Shown: positions 40,057 to 49,092 of the stretch, in pieces | Layout of the letters: each line of letters begins with the position of its first letter | Numbering within the stretch: the first letter of the stretch is position 1 | NCBI GenBank assembly: GCA_043778555.1 | Contig: JAYWFY010000059.1 | Location: 1 to 51,170 of the forward strand | DNA from: a bacterium | Lineage (GTDB): Bacteria > Patescibacteriota > JACMRA01 | Length of the DNA: 51,170 nt | Direction: 5' to 3' | The notes under the pieces: generated by a model | The model's database searches: none | What the model was told of the DNA's origin: nothing | The model's input: only the letters and a program-made list of their open reading frames with translations | Made by a program: the position numbers and the translations under genes

Positions 40057-40227
40057 ATTAAAAATTGTAACACTCATATCAATATACTGTCAAAATAATG
40101 TTGGATTCATTAGAGTTTTATATTTTCGAGACATTTTATTTGAAGCAAAACTTGTTGTTGACAAATTCGAGATTATTGTTATATAATGAGAACGCTACAA
40201 AGCAAAATACAATAATATATATATTTT

Positions 40228-41826
40228 ATGTCTATCCAAAACTGGAAATTTAAAACGACTGAAAACGGCAACTTTTTTTGGGAAGCTTTAACGGAGTCAA
40301 GTGAAATACAAGGTCGTTCCTCTCAAAATTTTAAAAGTCAAAACGGAGCAAAATACAACGCTGATCTCCTTGGTCGAAGTGGAAGTTTTTCTCAAAAACT
40401 AGTATGGGAGTTTTCTCAAGATAAAGAAAGTAATTGGCTATGGAAAGCTGACAACACAGTAAATAAAGAGAATGTAGCAGCTGCCCACGAACCATTCAAA
40501 TCCAAAATTGAAGCCGCCCAAAACGCTATGTTATTTGGTTATAAAGGTGAATTGACATCGTTGGTAAATCCAATGACTACGGGTGCCAGTGGAAATAAAA
40601 AAAAAATTCTAGATCCTAATCAAAGTGCAAATAATATTAATTCACAAAAAAATCAAAAAGAAAAAGAAAATTTGGTTCAACCGATAATTGCTCAATCCCA
40701 ACATGTCAAAATCAAAGAGTATATAGAAGACTCAGGTAATGAAAGAATTATTATTAATAATAAGAACGAAGAAGATTATATCTCAGCATGGTGGAAATGG
40801 CTCCTTTTAGCCCTAATTATTTTGGGACTATTGTACTGGCTAATACCTATGTTGACTAAAAAAACTGACACTCTACAAAACTCTAATATATCAATATCTT
40901 CTGTTTTAGCAAGTCAATCTGTTACAAGACTAACTAGCATTCAAGATGTTTTACAAAGCTCTGACTTTACAATGCTGTCTGGAGCTATCAAATCTTCCAA
41001 TCTTGTAGATACAATTAATAAATCTACTCCTTTAACTCTTCTTGCTCCTACAAATTCAGCATTCCAATCTGTATCAGCGGAAACATTATCCAACCTTCAA
41101 AAGCCAGAAAATATAGGTGAATTACAAAATCTTCTCAAAAATCATTTGTTCGGTGGAAACATTAACCTTGGTGATCTCAAAGATGGTTCTACAATCAAAA
41201 GTTTGGCTAATATAGAGTTGCCTGTCAAAATTGATAATAACAAATTGTTTATTGACGGAGTAGAAATAGACAAAACAGCCAAAAATAATTCTAATGGTTT
41301 TAATGTATATGCTGTGCCTAATATTCTCCCTATTCCAGTTTCCCCAAATATATCAAGTGCATCATCAAATATAATTGACGCTAATAGTAATAAAATAGAT
41401 GATTACAAAGCAGAGAATAGCCTTGATATATTATCAAAAAATGGTAATTACAAAATTTTACTTACAGCTATTAACTCCACAAACCTCAAAGATATCCTAG
41501 AAAGTAACGGTCCTATTACTATCTTTGCTCCAAACGATGAGGCAATGAAATCTATACAAACTGACGATCTTTTCAAGTTAGAAAATAAAACAAAATTACA
41601 ATCATTTATAAAAAATCATATAGCGTTGGGTAAATATACTTTTGATGACTTCAAATTGAACAAAATAATTACAAATCTTAACGATCAAAAAGTTATTCTT
41701 AGGATCAGCGAAGATGGAATAGGCAAAGTAGAAGGTTTTAAAAATACATCTTCAGCACCAATTCCTGATATTATTACTAATAATGGTATTATTCACACTC
41801 TTACAGATACTCCACTGTTGATCTAA
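40228..41826 (+). CDS. Membrane protein: tandem YegP/DUF1508-like repeats, TM, two fasciclin (FAS1) domains
   Basis: TLLAPTNSAF, TIFAPNDEA, NNGIIH; TM WWKWLLLALIILGLLYW. Confidence 0.85.
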   Translation: MSIQNWKFKTTENGNFFWEALTESSEIQGRSSQNFKSQNGAKYNADLLGRSGSFSQKLVWEFSQDKESNWLWKADNTVNKENVAAAHEPFKSKIEAAQNAMLFGYKGELTSLVNPMTTGASGNKKKILDPNQSANNINSQKNQKEKENLVQPIIAQSQHVKIKEYIEDSGNERIIINNKNEEDYISAWWKWLLLALIILGLLYWLIPMLTKKTDTLQNSNISISSVLASQSVTRLTSIQDVLQSSDFTMLSGAIKSSNLVDTINKSTPLTLLAPTNSAFQSVSAETLSNLQKPENIGELQNLLKNHLFGGNINLGDLKDGSTIKSLANIELPVKIDNNKLFIDGVEIDKTAKNNSNGFNVYAVPNILPIPVSPNISSASSNIIDANSNKIDDYKAENSLDILSKNGNYKILLTAINSTNLKDILESNGPITIFAPNDEAMKSIQTDDLFKLENKTKLQSFIKNHIALGKYTFDDFKLNKIITNLNDQKVILRISEDGIGKVEGFKNTSSAPIPDIITNNGIIHTLTDTPLLI

Positions 41827-41861
41827 TTAATATAAATCAAAAATTAAGATTACAAGAATGT

Positions 41862-41884
41862 ATCCTCCTAATCAGGGAGGTTTT
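41862..41884. terminator. Hairpin terminator between convergent genes
   Basis: CTCC...GGAG stem followed by T residues. Confidence 0.5.
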
Positions 41885-41935
41885 CTATTAGCTTAGATCC
41901 TTGAGGTAACAAGCATATATTTAGTTTTAATGATT

Positions 41936-43243
41936 TTACTCTTTTACCAAAACTGTTTGTAATCTAGAAGTTTGGAGATTGAACGATATGCCTTTGAGTT
42001 TTACAGTCACTTTACGTGGGCTTGACTCATACTGGATTTCTTGGTTATTCTCATTATTTTTTGCCTTAAGATAGGTAAGCTCAATTGTTTCATTGGCTTG
42101 TTTATTCAAAATCCTTCTACGTAGCGGTGATGGATTACTAGCCTTGGAGATTAGCTTTTCACCATTAACTTCTAAGATTATATCACCATATTTGAATCCA
42201 GCTTCCTCAGCACTTGAGCCAGGGCTAACAACTTTGGATGTAGGGATAATAGCATCAAAACTTCCGATAAATTCTCCATAGTCTACAGGAATCCAGGTAT
42301 TTTGCAGCTTTTTGGCAGGATCAATTTCTTGTGTGATGACACCTAGTCGAGGACGGATAATCTGGTTATTTTTGAGATAGCTATTGAGCGAAGCTAGAAT
42401 TGTTGCAGAGGGTATAGCCAAGCCTACTCCTTGAGCGTCCACAGTACCCAAAGTATTCATTCCAATTAGTTGACCAGAAGAATTGAACAGCGGTCCGCCA
42501 CTATTACCTTTATTGATAGCTGCGTCAGTTTGAATAAGCCCGTTGACTTGAAAATCACTATTAGTGCATTCATCTTTGAGCCCACCAGATTCAAAAGATC
42601 TATCCAACCCAGAAATGATACCTTTGGTCACACTGTTTTGTAAAGTACCCAATGCATTGCCAATTGCAACAACATCTTCTCCTAGTTCCAAATTATTGCT
42701 ATCTCCAAAACTGACTATCTTAACGTTATTAATTGGGTTTTTAATCTTCAAAATTGCAATATCGTCTACAGGGTCAATACTCTTGAGCTCTAAATCATAC
42801 ACTCGCTGATCGTTATCTATTCCTACAGTTTGAAAGATTGTATTATTGGATCCACATAGCAATGAGATTACATGTTTATTAGTCACTACTAAGCCATCGC
42901 TACTTACAATATAGCCTGTGCCTGCAGTTGCTTTACCATCATTTTTACCAATTACATTAATTGATAACACAGAAGGCAAATTTTGGGTAACTATATCTAC
43001 TGTCGATTTGGAATTGGCGCGAGGAATAAAACTAGTATTGGAGACTATAGGTTTTGGGGTTAGTGTATTTTGCTGTAAAAATGGAGCTACTGGCAAAAAG
43101 TTATTTAGGCTATTGAGCAGTGAAGAATTGGGGAAAATCTTGATATAAGAAAAAATGCCTAGGCTAGTCATACTTAGTATTATTATAAATACAAATATAA
43201 ACTGAGTTATTGATGTCAAATTATTTGACCTTGGGTTATTCAT
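41936..43243 (-). CDS. htrA: HtrA/DegP-like serine protease with PDZ domain
   Basis: TNKHV, DIAILKI, IQTDAAINKGNSGGPL, PDZ with GDIILEVNG. Confidence 0.93.
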   Translation of the reverse strand: MNNPRSNNLTSITQFIFVFIIILSMTSLGIFSYIKIFPNSSLLNSLNNFLPVAPFLQQNTLTPKPIVSNTSFIPRANSKSTVDIVTQNLPSVLSINVIGKNDGKATAGTGYIVSSDGLVVTNKHVISLLCGSNNTIFQTVGIDNDQRVYDLELKSIDPVDDIAILKIKNPINNVKIVSFGDSNNLELGEDVVAIGNALGTLQNSVTKGIISGLDRSFESGGLKDECTNSDFQVNGLIQTDAAINKGNSGGPLFNSSGQLIGMNTLGTVDAQGVGLAIPSATILASLNSYLKNNQIIRPRLGVITQEIDPAKKLQNTWIPVDYGEFIGSFDAIIPTSKVVSPGSSAEEAGFKYGDIILEVNGEKLISKASNPSPLRRRILNKQANETIELTYLKAKNNENNQEIQYESSPRKVTVKLKGISFNLQTSRLQTVLVKE

Positions 43244-43254
43244 ATATGAGAATA

Positions 43255-43587
43255 TTAGAGTTTGAAAATTGGAGCTAAAATTGAAAAAATAATTGCGACA
43301 TATAGTATTATTAAAAAGAATAGATTAATCAAAAAGAAAAGATGATTATATTTAATATTATAGCTTTGGGCTAATATTGATAAACCAAAATTTACAAATA
43401 TAAACGCCGATACCGTTCCAAAGGTTTTGTTAAGGTCAAAACTTACTTTTGAGTATTGCAGTGGTTCTATATTATTTTGACCAATATTTTGTACATTGAT
43501 AAAAAAAACAAACATTCCTGCAAGACAATAAAAAATTACCAGTGGCAAATACGGCAATGTAATTAGCTTTCTAATTATACTTTTCAT
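43255..43587 (-). CDS. Hypothetical 3-TM membrane protein
   Basis: 110-aa hydrophobic ORF within the ndk-htrA run. Confidence 0.65.
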   Translation of the reverse strand: MKSIIRKLITLPYLPLVIFYCLAGMFVFFINVQNIGQNNIEPLQYSKVSFDLNKTFGTVSAFIFVNFGLSILAQSYNIKYNHLFFLINLFFLIILYVAIIFSILAPIFKL

Positions 43588-43617
43588 AATTGATTTTTAT
43601 TATTGATTTTATGAATC

Positions 43618-44244
43618 TTAGTAATACCGCGAGTACATAATATCTTCATTACCAAGTTTATAGCTATTACAAATGTCAGACTTTTCAAACCAAATGCTAA
43701 TCTCTTTTTGCGCTTCCTGCACGGTTTCACTAGCATGTATAATATTATGGAGTGAACGACCTTCGATGTTGGCTACCGTAGGAGAGTCTAGAGAAAAATC
43801 ACCTCGTATAGATCCCAACTCTGCATTATTGGGAAGTGTAGAACCTATTAATTTTCTTATCATAGCCACAGCAGCAATTCCCTGCACCACTAGACAAATC
43901 ACTGGTCCAGCTGTCATATATTTGAGTAGAGTCTTAGTGACATCTTTACCAATTATATTTTTGTCATCTGTTCCTAATATATCAATTGGATTGAGACCAG
44001 CGGACTCAAAAGCTGATAGACCCTTCTCCCCTAGCCTAGCTACCCATGCTTCATCGCTCATTGGATAATGTTTAGTCAGTTGGCTCTCAGTGGCATTGGT
44101 CATTTTAATAGCTATAATTTTGAGACCTAATCTATCGATTCTTTTCAAGATTTCCCCTGTCAATCCACGCATCACACCGTCAGGTTTGATCATTATAAAA
44201 GTTTGTTCAGATTTTATTTTTTGAGAGTGGTTTATATTTGACAT
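43618..44244 (-). CDS. ndk: Nucleoside diphosphate kinase with internal insertion
   Basis: EQTFIMIKPDG, GSIRGDF, NIIHAS. Confidence 0.93.
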   Translation of the reverse strand: MSNINHSQKIKSEQTFIMIKPDGVMRGLTGEILKRIDRLGLKIIAIKMTNATESQLTKHYPMSDEAWVARLGEKGLSAFESAGLNPIDILGTDDKNIIGKDVTKTLLKYMTAGPVICLVVQGIAAVAMIRKLIGSTLPNNAELGSIRGDFSLDSPTVANIEGRSLHNIIHASETVQEAQKEISIWFEKSDICNSYKLGNEDIMYSRYY

Positions 44245-44368
44245 TTGAGCTTTAAAGATAAAAGTTTTAGTATATTTAGTAGATTGGACAGTCTAAAAGT
44301 ACTTTAAAATCAACTCTATTGTCAAGTATTAAATATTTATGTTAGAAAATTTAAACAAAACATATTTG

Positions 44369-44396
44369 ACTTCGTATAAGTAGTATTATAAAATAT
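44369..44396 (+). repeat. dif-like site, overlapping a TTGACT-17-TAAAAT promoter match
   Basis: ACTTCGTATAA-gtagta-TTATAAAATAT. Confidence 0.45.
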
Positions 44397-44448
44397 TGCG
44401 GACTTATGGTTGACAAAAAGTTTAATTCTATGATATTGTTGAGCAATT

Positions 44449-45588
44449 ATGAATAAATTTTTAAAATATTGTATACTGGCACCAGCTATTTTAAGCGTAG
44501 AATCATGTACAGTTCAAAATACACAAAAGCTAAAAAGAGTAGAGAGTCATCAAAGATTTGAGCTTAGAAATCTGCGTAATGGCACAGTGGGCAGGCTAAC
44601 AAGTGGATACACATTCACTCCAAATGAAAATTCAGATCCAGAATTAGGTTACAAAAAGGGTGTGCCTATGCCTGCTGAAAACGATCATGATGGAATTGGT
44701 ATTTATTTAAATTTGCAAGAAGAGACTCAGAGTTATAAATGTACAGGACAAATAATGGTAAATACAGCTAACCATACGATGGCACCAGAGATGGTACAAA
44801 CACCAAAAGAGGAAATAGTTCCTGGCCCTTTTTCAATGAACAATGGGGTAAAAAGTAACCCGTTTATAGGAATATTACCTTCTGGTAGTGACCATAAAAA
44901 TAGACTAGGCGATACTGTTGATAATATTAGCAAAATTAGTCTAATTACGTACACAAATAGTGGTGACGATAGTGGGTTCTATTACACAGAAGATTTGCCC
45001 CAAACTTGCTTAGATATGTTTATTACTACAAGACCACCAATAATAAATGGAACGGTTGTAAAACTGTCTACACTTAAAAATTATGAATTTGTAGATAGAC
45101 GGGAAGGATATGAAACAATTACAAATTTTATTGATGGAAGCACTTTAAAAGAAACAAGAGATCAGTACAGTCTAAATTCTTTTAGCGTTGAAGGTATCGC
45201 GATTGACAAAGATGCAAGAACTGTTAAGAAAATGACAAATAATACTATAACCGACCTTTCAAATGGTGAATATTTGCCTGATAGCGCTATCCCTGTAATT
45301 TATAAAGTCCTAAAGTCCAGCGGAAAAATATTTACACCCACATCTCAAGGAACTTCTGGATCTCCTATCACAGCTGACGGTAATTTTGTAGGATCTCACA
45401 TTGCTTCAAACGGAGACTCTTCAAAGAAAACATTAATTAGTCTGAAAAATCAATGTAATCAAAATGCGTTTGGACAATCTAGTTTATGCAAATCTATTAC
45501 TAGAATTAATCCAGAAACTTACCATTTGGGATATTTCTCCCCAATAGCTCAAGCTTTAAAAAATCAAAAACTTAGACTTAAAGAATAA
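44449..45588 (+). CDS. Putative lipoprotein with divergent trypsin-like serine protease motifs
   Basis: VESC lipobox-like site, CTG...TANH, QGTSGSPI...FVG. Confidence 0.55.
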   Translation: MNKFLKYCILAPAILSVESCTVQNTQKLKRVESHQRFELRNLRNGTVGRLTSGYTFTPNENSDPELGYKKGVPMPAENDHDGIGIYLNLQEETQSYKCTGQIMVNTANHTMAPEMVQTPKEEIVPGPFSMNNGVKSNPFIGILPSGSDHKNRLGDTVDNISKISLITYTNSGDDSGFYYTEDLPQTCLDMFITTRPPIINGTVVKLSTLKNYEFVDRREGYETITNFIDGSTLKETRDQYSLNSFSVEGIAIDKDARTVKKMTNNTITDLSNGEYLPDSAIPVIYKVLKSSGKIFTPTSQGTSGSPITADGNFVGSHIASNGDSSKKTLISLKNQCNQNAFGQSSLCKSITRINPETYHLGYFSPIAQALKNQKLRLKE

Positions 45589-46617
45589 CTAATTCAAATC
45601 TTTCTTCACATATTTCCTTTTTGCAACCTTGAGCTGGTCTGGAATGGTAAAATCCATGTCGTTCTTTTTGAAAACCTTAGAATGGATCTCTTTGATCTGC
45701 CAGTCTGTGATATGAGTATAAATCTGAGTAGTCGCAATATTAGAATGCCCCAAAAGTACCTGGACTGAACGCAAATCTCCTCCTTCAAACAAAATCTTGG
45801 TGGCAAAACTATGACGAAGTGTATGTGGTGTAATGTGTTTGTAAATTCCTATAGCATTAGCGTAGCGTTGAATCATCATCTGCACCATCCGCTGGCTCAG
45901 AGGTTTTTGTTTAGCGATGTTTTTGGGTGCATTTTTGGAGAAGGAAAGAAATAGCCATGGGTTGACATCTTCACCCCGCAGATCCAAATATTCCTTTATA
46001 CAATCTCGGGCAACTGGAGCAAGAAAACCTGTACGGATCTTGCCACCCTTCCCGTCTATCATCAATTGCCCATCTGGGTGGTTACACTCAGCTTTTTTGA
46101 GCTTAAGAACCTCAGACAACCGTAATCCCGAGCCAAACATACACATAATCAGGGCTACATTTCGTTTTTTTTGTACATCTTTGATCTTATTGCTATCTTG
46201 AAGAATACACATGATGAGTTTTTTGATTTCGTCGTCGGTCAAATATTCCACTCTCCGCATACGAGCCTTGGGCAATTCTAGCTTGTCTGGTGAAAGTACT
46301 AGCTCACCTTGTTTGATCATGAACTTGAGAAAGGAACGAAGAACCACAATCTGATAACCTTGAGCTTTGAGCGACAATTCGCCGTGACGAGCAGATTCAC
46401 GTTTATTTAGAAACTGGCGATAGCCGTTGACCACATTCATATCAATCTGATTGGTAAAAGTGACATTTTTGGTTTCTAAATAAGTAGCAAAACGCTCTAA
46501 TGTGTTGCGATAGTTACGAACCGTGTTTGGTGAATATTGCTTGGTAAGCTCACAGTAAAGAAGATAATCTTCAAGATCTCGGACAAATGACATAGGGGTT
46601 TTAATTTTTATTGCCAC
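45589..46617 (-). CDS. XerC/XerD-family tyrosine recombinase
   Basis: SGLRLSE, GKGGK.R, PHTLRHSFAT, LLGHSNIATTQIYTH. Confidence 0.95.
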   Translation of the reverse strand: MAIKIKTPMSFVRDLEDYLLYCELTKQYSPNTVRNYRNTLERFATYLETKNVTFTNQIDMNVVNGYRQFLNKRESARHGELSLKAQGYQIVVLRSFLKFMIKQGELVLSPDKLELPKARMRRVEYLTDDEIKKLIMCILQDSNKIKDVQKKRNVALIMCMFGSGLRLSEVLKLKKAECNHPDGQLMIDGKGGKIRTGFLAPVARDCIKEYLDLRGEDVNPWLFLSFSKNAPKNIAKQKPLSQRMVQMMIQRYANAIGIYKHITPHTLRHSFATKILFEGGDLRSVQVLLGHSNIATTQIYTHITDWQIKEIHSKVFKKNDMDFTIPDQLKVAKRKYVKKDLN

Positions 46618-46668
46618 TTATTAAGGGGCTGTCACGAAGTGACTGGGGTTAATATATATAAACAATAA

Positions 46669-46699
46669 TTGACTTCGTATAAAATTGTCAAGATTTAAT
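46669..46699 (+). repeat. dif-like half site upstream of the recombinase
   Basis: TTGACTTCGTATAA at 46669-46682. Confidence 0.35.
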
Positions 46700-46738
46700 C
46701 GTATTTTATATCAAAAATATTGCCGTAAAACTGTTGAT

Positions 46739-47056
46739 CTAATAAACTGAACCCTTGTCGCTGTGCCCTCCGAGATCAAATACTTCTATGATTTCAATTG
46801 CCTTCGTAGTTTTGTCAAAATCCCAAATGATTCGTAGATCACCAGTTACACTACTAGAATACTTTTCATCAAATCTTTTTGAATTAACTTTATGAGTTTT
46901 TAGGCTTGCATAATGTGGATTTATAGCCAAAATTTCAAACACTCTATCAAGTTTTACTTCTAGTGGCTTATTATTCTTAGTTATCTTACCAATCTTTTTA
47001 AGAAAGTATTTATTAAATCTTAGCTCGAAGTTTGGCTCATTGTTAGACATTTTCAA
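46739..47056 (-). CDS. RelE/YafQ-like mRNA interferase toxin
   Basis: NPHYASLKTHKV, SVTGDLRIIW, LGGH....VY. Confidence 0.8.
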   Translation of the reverse strand: MKMSNNEPNFELRFNKYFLKKIGKITKNNKPLEVKLDRVFEILAINPHYASLKTHKVNSKRFDEKYSSSVTGDLRIIWDFDKTTKAIEIIEVFDLGGHSDKGSVY

Positions 47057-47351
47057 AATAGTTATTATTTGCTAAAAACTCTGAGAACTTTTGCCCTTTT
47101 GGAATTTTTATCGTCGGACTTTTGTCAGCAATAGACAGTGCAAGACTTTCTTCTTCTTCGTCGCTCAGCTGCCTTATTGGCAACATTTGGTTGTGAAAGC
47201 TTATGATAGCAAGCTTGACTATCTCGGCATTGGACATCCCAGAATAATATCGACTAAGGGAATTAATCCGTTCTTCTAGTAAATTGTTCTGAGAATAATC
47301 AATAATTACACGTTTGGTTTTAGTGTTGTTGGTAATAGCTTTGGTAGACAT
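47043..47351 (-). CDS. Putative cognate antitoxin
   Basis: 102-aa gene overlapping the toxin start, with an acidic C-terminal patch LSDEEEESL. Confidence 0.65.
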   Translation of the reverse strand: MSTKAITNNTKTKRVIIDYSQNNLLEERINSLSRYYSGMSNAEIVKLAIISFHNQMLPIRQLSDEEEESLALSIADKSPTIKIPKGQKFSEFLANNNYFENV

Positions 47352-47452
47352 AATTTTAATAGTTTATACAGTTAATATACTAATATTGTACAAACTATAC
47401 TTAGTATTGTCAAATCTTTACAAAATCGTCAATTGCAAGCTACACTTACGCT

Positions 47453-47866
47453 ATGGACTTTTTACAATTATTTATCTGGATTATCATTATTGCTGCAGGC
47501 TCAGGATTGTATATTTTACTCCGACCCGCTATACTTAAAGAATCTAAACCTGACTGGAAAAGCAAAGCTGTAATCAAGCTTGCCGACCTACAAACCAATA
47601 AAACTCTGGACGACAAATACCGCATATTAGAACTAGACAAAATCATGGAGTTTATATTGCAGTCCAAGTTTGATAGTACAAAATCTTTTGGGGAGATATT
47701 AAAAGAAAATGAGAAAAAATTTGACCCTACTCCGCGTCATCAGATTTGGGTGGCTCACAAACTCAGAAACAAAATCGTGCATGACATGAACTACGAAGGT
47801 GGCAAAAACGAGTTTGCAATCCAGATCAAGAAATATACCAAGAATATCAAAGAGCTTTTGAAGTAA
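47453..47866 (+). CDS. Membrane-anchored hypothetical protein with HEPN-like RxxxxH motif
   Basis: N-terminal TM; AHKLRNKIVHD. Confidence 0.7.
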   Translation: MDFLQLFIWIIIIAAGSGLYILLRPAILKESKPDWKSKAVIKLADLQTNKTLDDKYRILELDKIMEFILQSKFDSTKSFGEILKENEKKFDPTPRHQIWVAHKLRNKIVHDMNYEGGKNEFAIQIKKYTKNIKELLK

Positions 47867-47942
47867 GAAACTAATTCTCCACCCCCATTTTCTAAACACT
47901 CCCATATACTTCTTTCCCAAACAATTTGCAAATATTGAAGTT

Positions 47943-48849
47943 ATGAGGTACGATGACAAAATGCTCTTAGAATCATTACAACTCACTCATCAACTTAGTC
48001 AAAATTTAAACCCTGAAAATTTGCGCCCCAAAATCAGTGGCACTGAACAAGTACAAACAATTGCAAGAGTAGAAAAACGAACAACGCCAACTTTTCTTGG
48101 GCAAAAAAGACAAAACATTATAGAAAACTTACAATTAGACAATCTTATATTAAAACCATATCCAAAAATTGAGTCTACCCCTATTGACTTAAAAAACGAT
48201 AAATTTAGAATGCAGGCTATACTACTTGTATCAAAAAAATCACTGTGTAGCGGAACAATTTTTACAAATAAATCAGGAGAGTCATGGTTTTTAACAGCTG
48301 GTCACTGTATTGACCCAGAGACAAAGTTATTGATGCAAAACAATATTCAATTTTTAAATCCCGTTGAAATATATGGAAACGATCAAATGACAGATGCGAG
48401 CACTGCAATTCCTATGGCTGCTGTAATAAAATATATGAAAGAGTACACACTTAAAAGTTTAAAAAGTATAACGCCAAAACCAGTACAAAAAATAATGGAT
48501 TCATATAACAATTCAACGAGCTGTGTTACTGGCAGCCTTTTTGAGTCATATAATATAAACGGTATGACTATGAAAGAAAATCCCAATTACCTTGAAAATG
48601 GTTTTCAAACGGGAGTACAATCACTTGTTGGTCAACCTGGAAAATCTGGATCAATAGTTTTTATAGCTGGGCATCAAAACAATAAGCAGTGAAGTATCTT
48701 CAATGACAGCCAGTGAGCAAATCAATATTCTTAAATTTCCAAGGACGTTGATTAACAAAGTTAGCTTTACACTCGACGGCATTCATTATACAATATCCAC
48801 AAATCCAGATAAAACTAAAACTGATAACGTGATTACCTCCAAAAACTAA
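47943..48849 (+). pseudogene. Trypsin-like serine protease, frameshifted near 48660-48670
   Basis: CSGT...LTAGHC, GKSGS; another frame continues GIKTISSEV...TSKN* to 48849. Confidence 0.55.
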
Positions 48850-48992
48850 CAAACCTACATCCAGTGTCTCATCAAAGTTTTGACAGAGGAAATTTGGAGT
48901 TTATTCACTATATATAGAATTTGGAGTTTATAAATAATAATCATATTACCATTCTATTTACAGTATCAAGTACTAATAATAATCACTTTTTA

Positions 48993-49019
48993 AGATCCTG
49001 AAACAAGTTCAATGTGACA
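48993..49019 (-). repeat. REP-like palindromic repeat
   Basis: Reverse complement reads TGTCACATTGAACTTGTTTCAGGATCT. Confidence 0.75.
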
Positions 49020-49092
49020 ACTTGTATATTGCCAAAAAATATAAACTAGCTCAAGATTATTAGATATATAAAATATCTTAATCCAACGATCA

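Noticed and set aside
44366-44400. loxP site or cloning-vector contamination
   Set aside because: Shares ACTTCGTATA with the loxP arm but lacks the second inverted arm, and it occurs four times in native intergenic context
45589-47351. Prophage or integron defined by the recombinase and TA pair
   Set aside because: No phage genes, no IntI-specific insertion recognised and no attC array; the protein looks like a chromosomal Xer
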